NCBI RefSeq assembly: GCF_964194025.1
Contig: NC_134474.1
Span: 55,428,001-55,492,000 of the forward strand
From: Convolutriloba macropyga
Lineage: Eukaryota
Reading direction: 5' to 3'
DNA length: 64,000 nucleotides
In this document: positions 63,525-64,000 of the stretch, piece by piece
Position numbering within the stretch: position 1 is the stretch's first letter
How the letters are laid out: every line of letters begins with the position of its first letter
Notes under the pieces: model-generated
Databases searched by the model: none
Told to the model about the DNA's origin: nothing
Seen by the model: only the letters and a program-made list of their open reading frames with translations
Position numbers and translations under genes: made by a program

Positions 63525-64000
63525 CGTAACTATGCCATGGCATGTCTTTGTATCCAGATGAGTAACAAGAAGAACTAATTATGTATCCTTGCACGCAATG
63601 ATCGACTGATCAAATTTGAATATCACCTGTATATTTTCCATGATTAAAATACAAACAAGAATTCAATCAAACAGTCAACAAAGTTCAACCGACATAAAGT
63701 ATCAATCAAATCTGAAATACACAACATATTGAGACCATTGAGGCTACTATTTAGACCAAGGAAAAAAATAAACTGAAATAGACTGATTAACACTGGGATT
63801 GACGACCCACGGACAAAAGCCCGAAGCCTGCAGTACTTGTATACTTCTATTACTACTCAACAACTAATTCTGACTCCACCGACCTCCGCCACCGACCTCC
63901 GCCGACATCCACCGTTTCCACCTGAAAGATGTGATTGCACCAATATATGGTATAGTTAGAGCTAGAATAGCTCTTGAGGGTGTCGCCATCTTAAAAAAAT

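Overview
This is AT-rich, repeat-dense, intron-containing animal (invertebrate-type) genomic DNA, with no prokaryotic features. I read one large multi-exon gene on the minus strand. Eleven phase-compatible exons (56759-56666, 54082-53907, 49898-49763, 49213-46187, 30788-30764, 30688-30665, 29561-29375, 28978-28721, 28202-27935, 23113-22917, 9685-9320) total 4758 nt, or 1585 aa plus stop. They translate as LDLa-LDLa-CUB, a long Thr/Ser mucin stalk, paired furin sites, and then the finger-to-TM2 half of a DEG/ENaC (ASC) channel. I found no HG-motif/TM1 exon in the window, so the 5' end probably lies beyond 64000. The mucin-to-ENaC join is inferred from splice phases and not proven. The last intron starts with non-canonical GG and contains a young, full-length, sense-oriented BEL/Pao LTR retrotransposon (162-bp LTRs, AGGCC TSD, tRNA-Trp-like PBS). 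Other introns hold a decayed Ty1/copia, a decayed CR1/L2-type LINE, two families of Helentron/DINE-1-like non-autonomous elements (one in a head-to-tail array), GG-ended MITEs, a palindromic-repeat foldback element, several local duplications and a C2H2 zinc-finger fragment. All calls come from reading and hand-translating the sequence; no database searches were run, and repeat boundaries are approximate unless stated.
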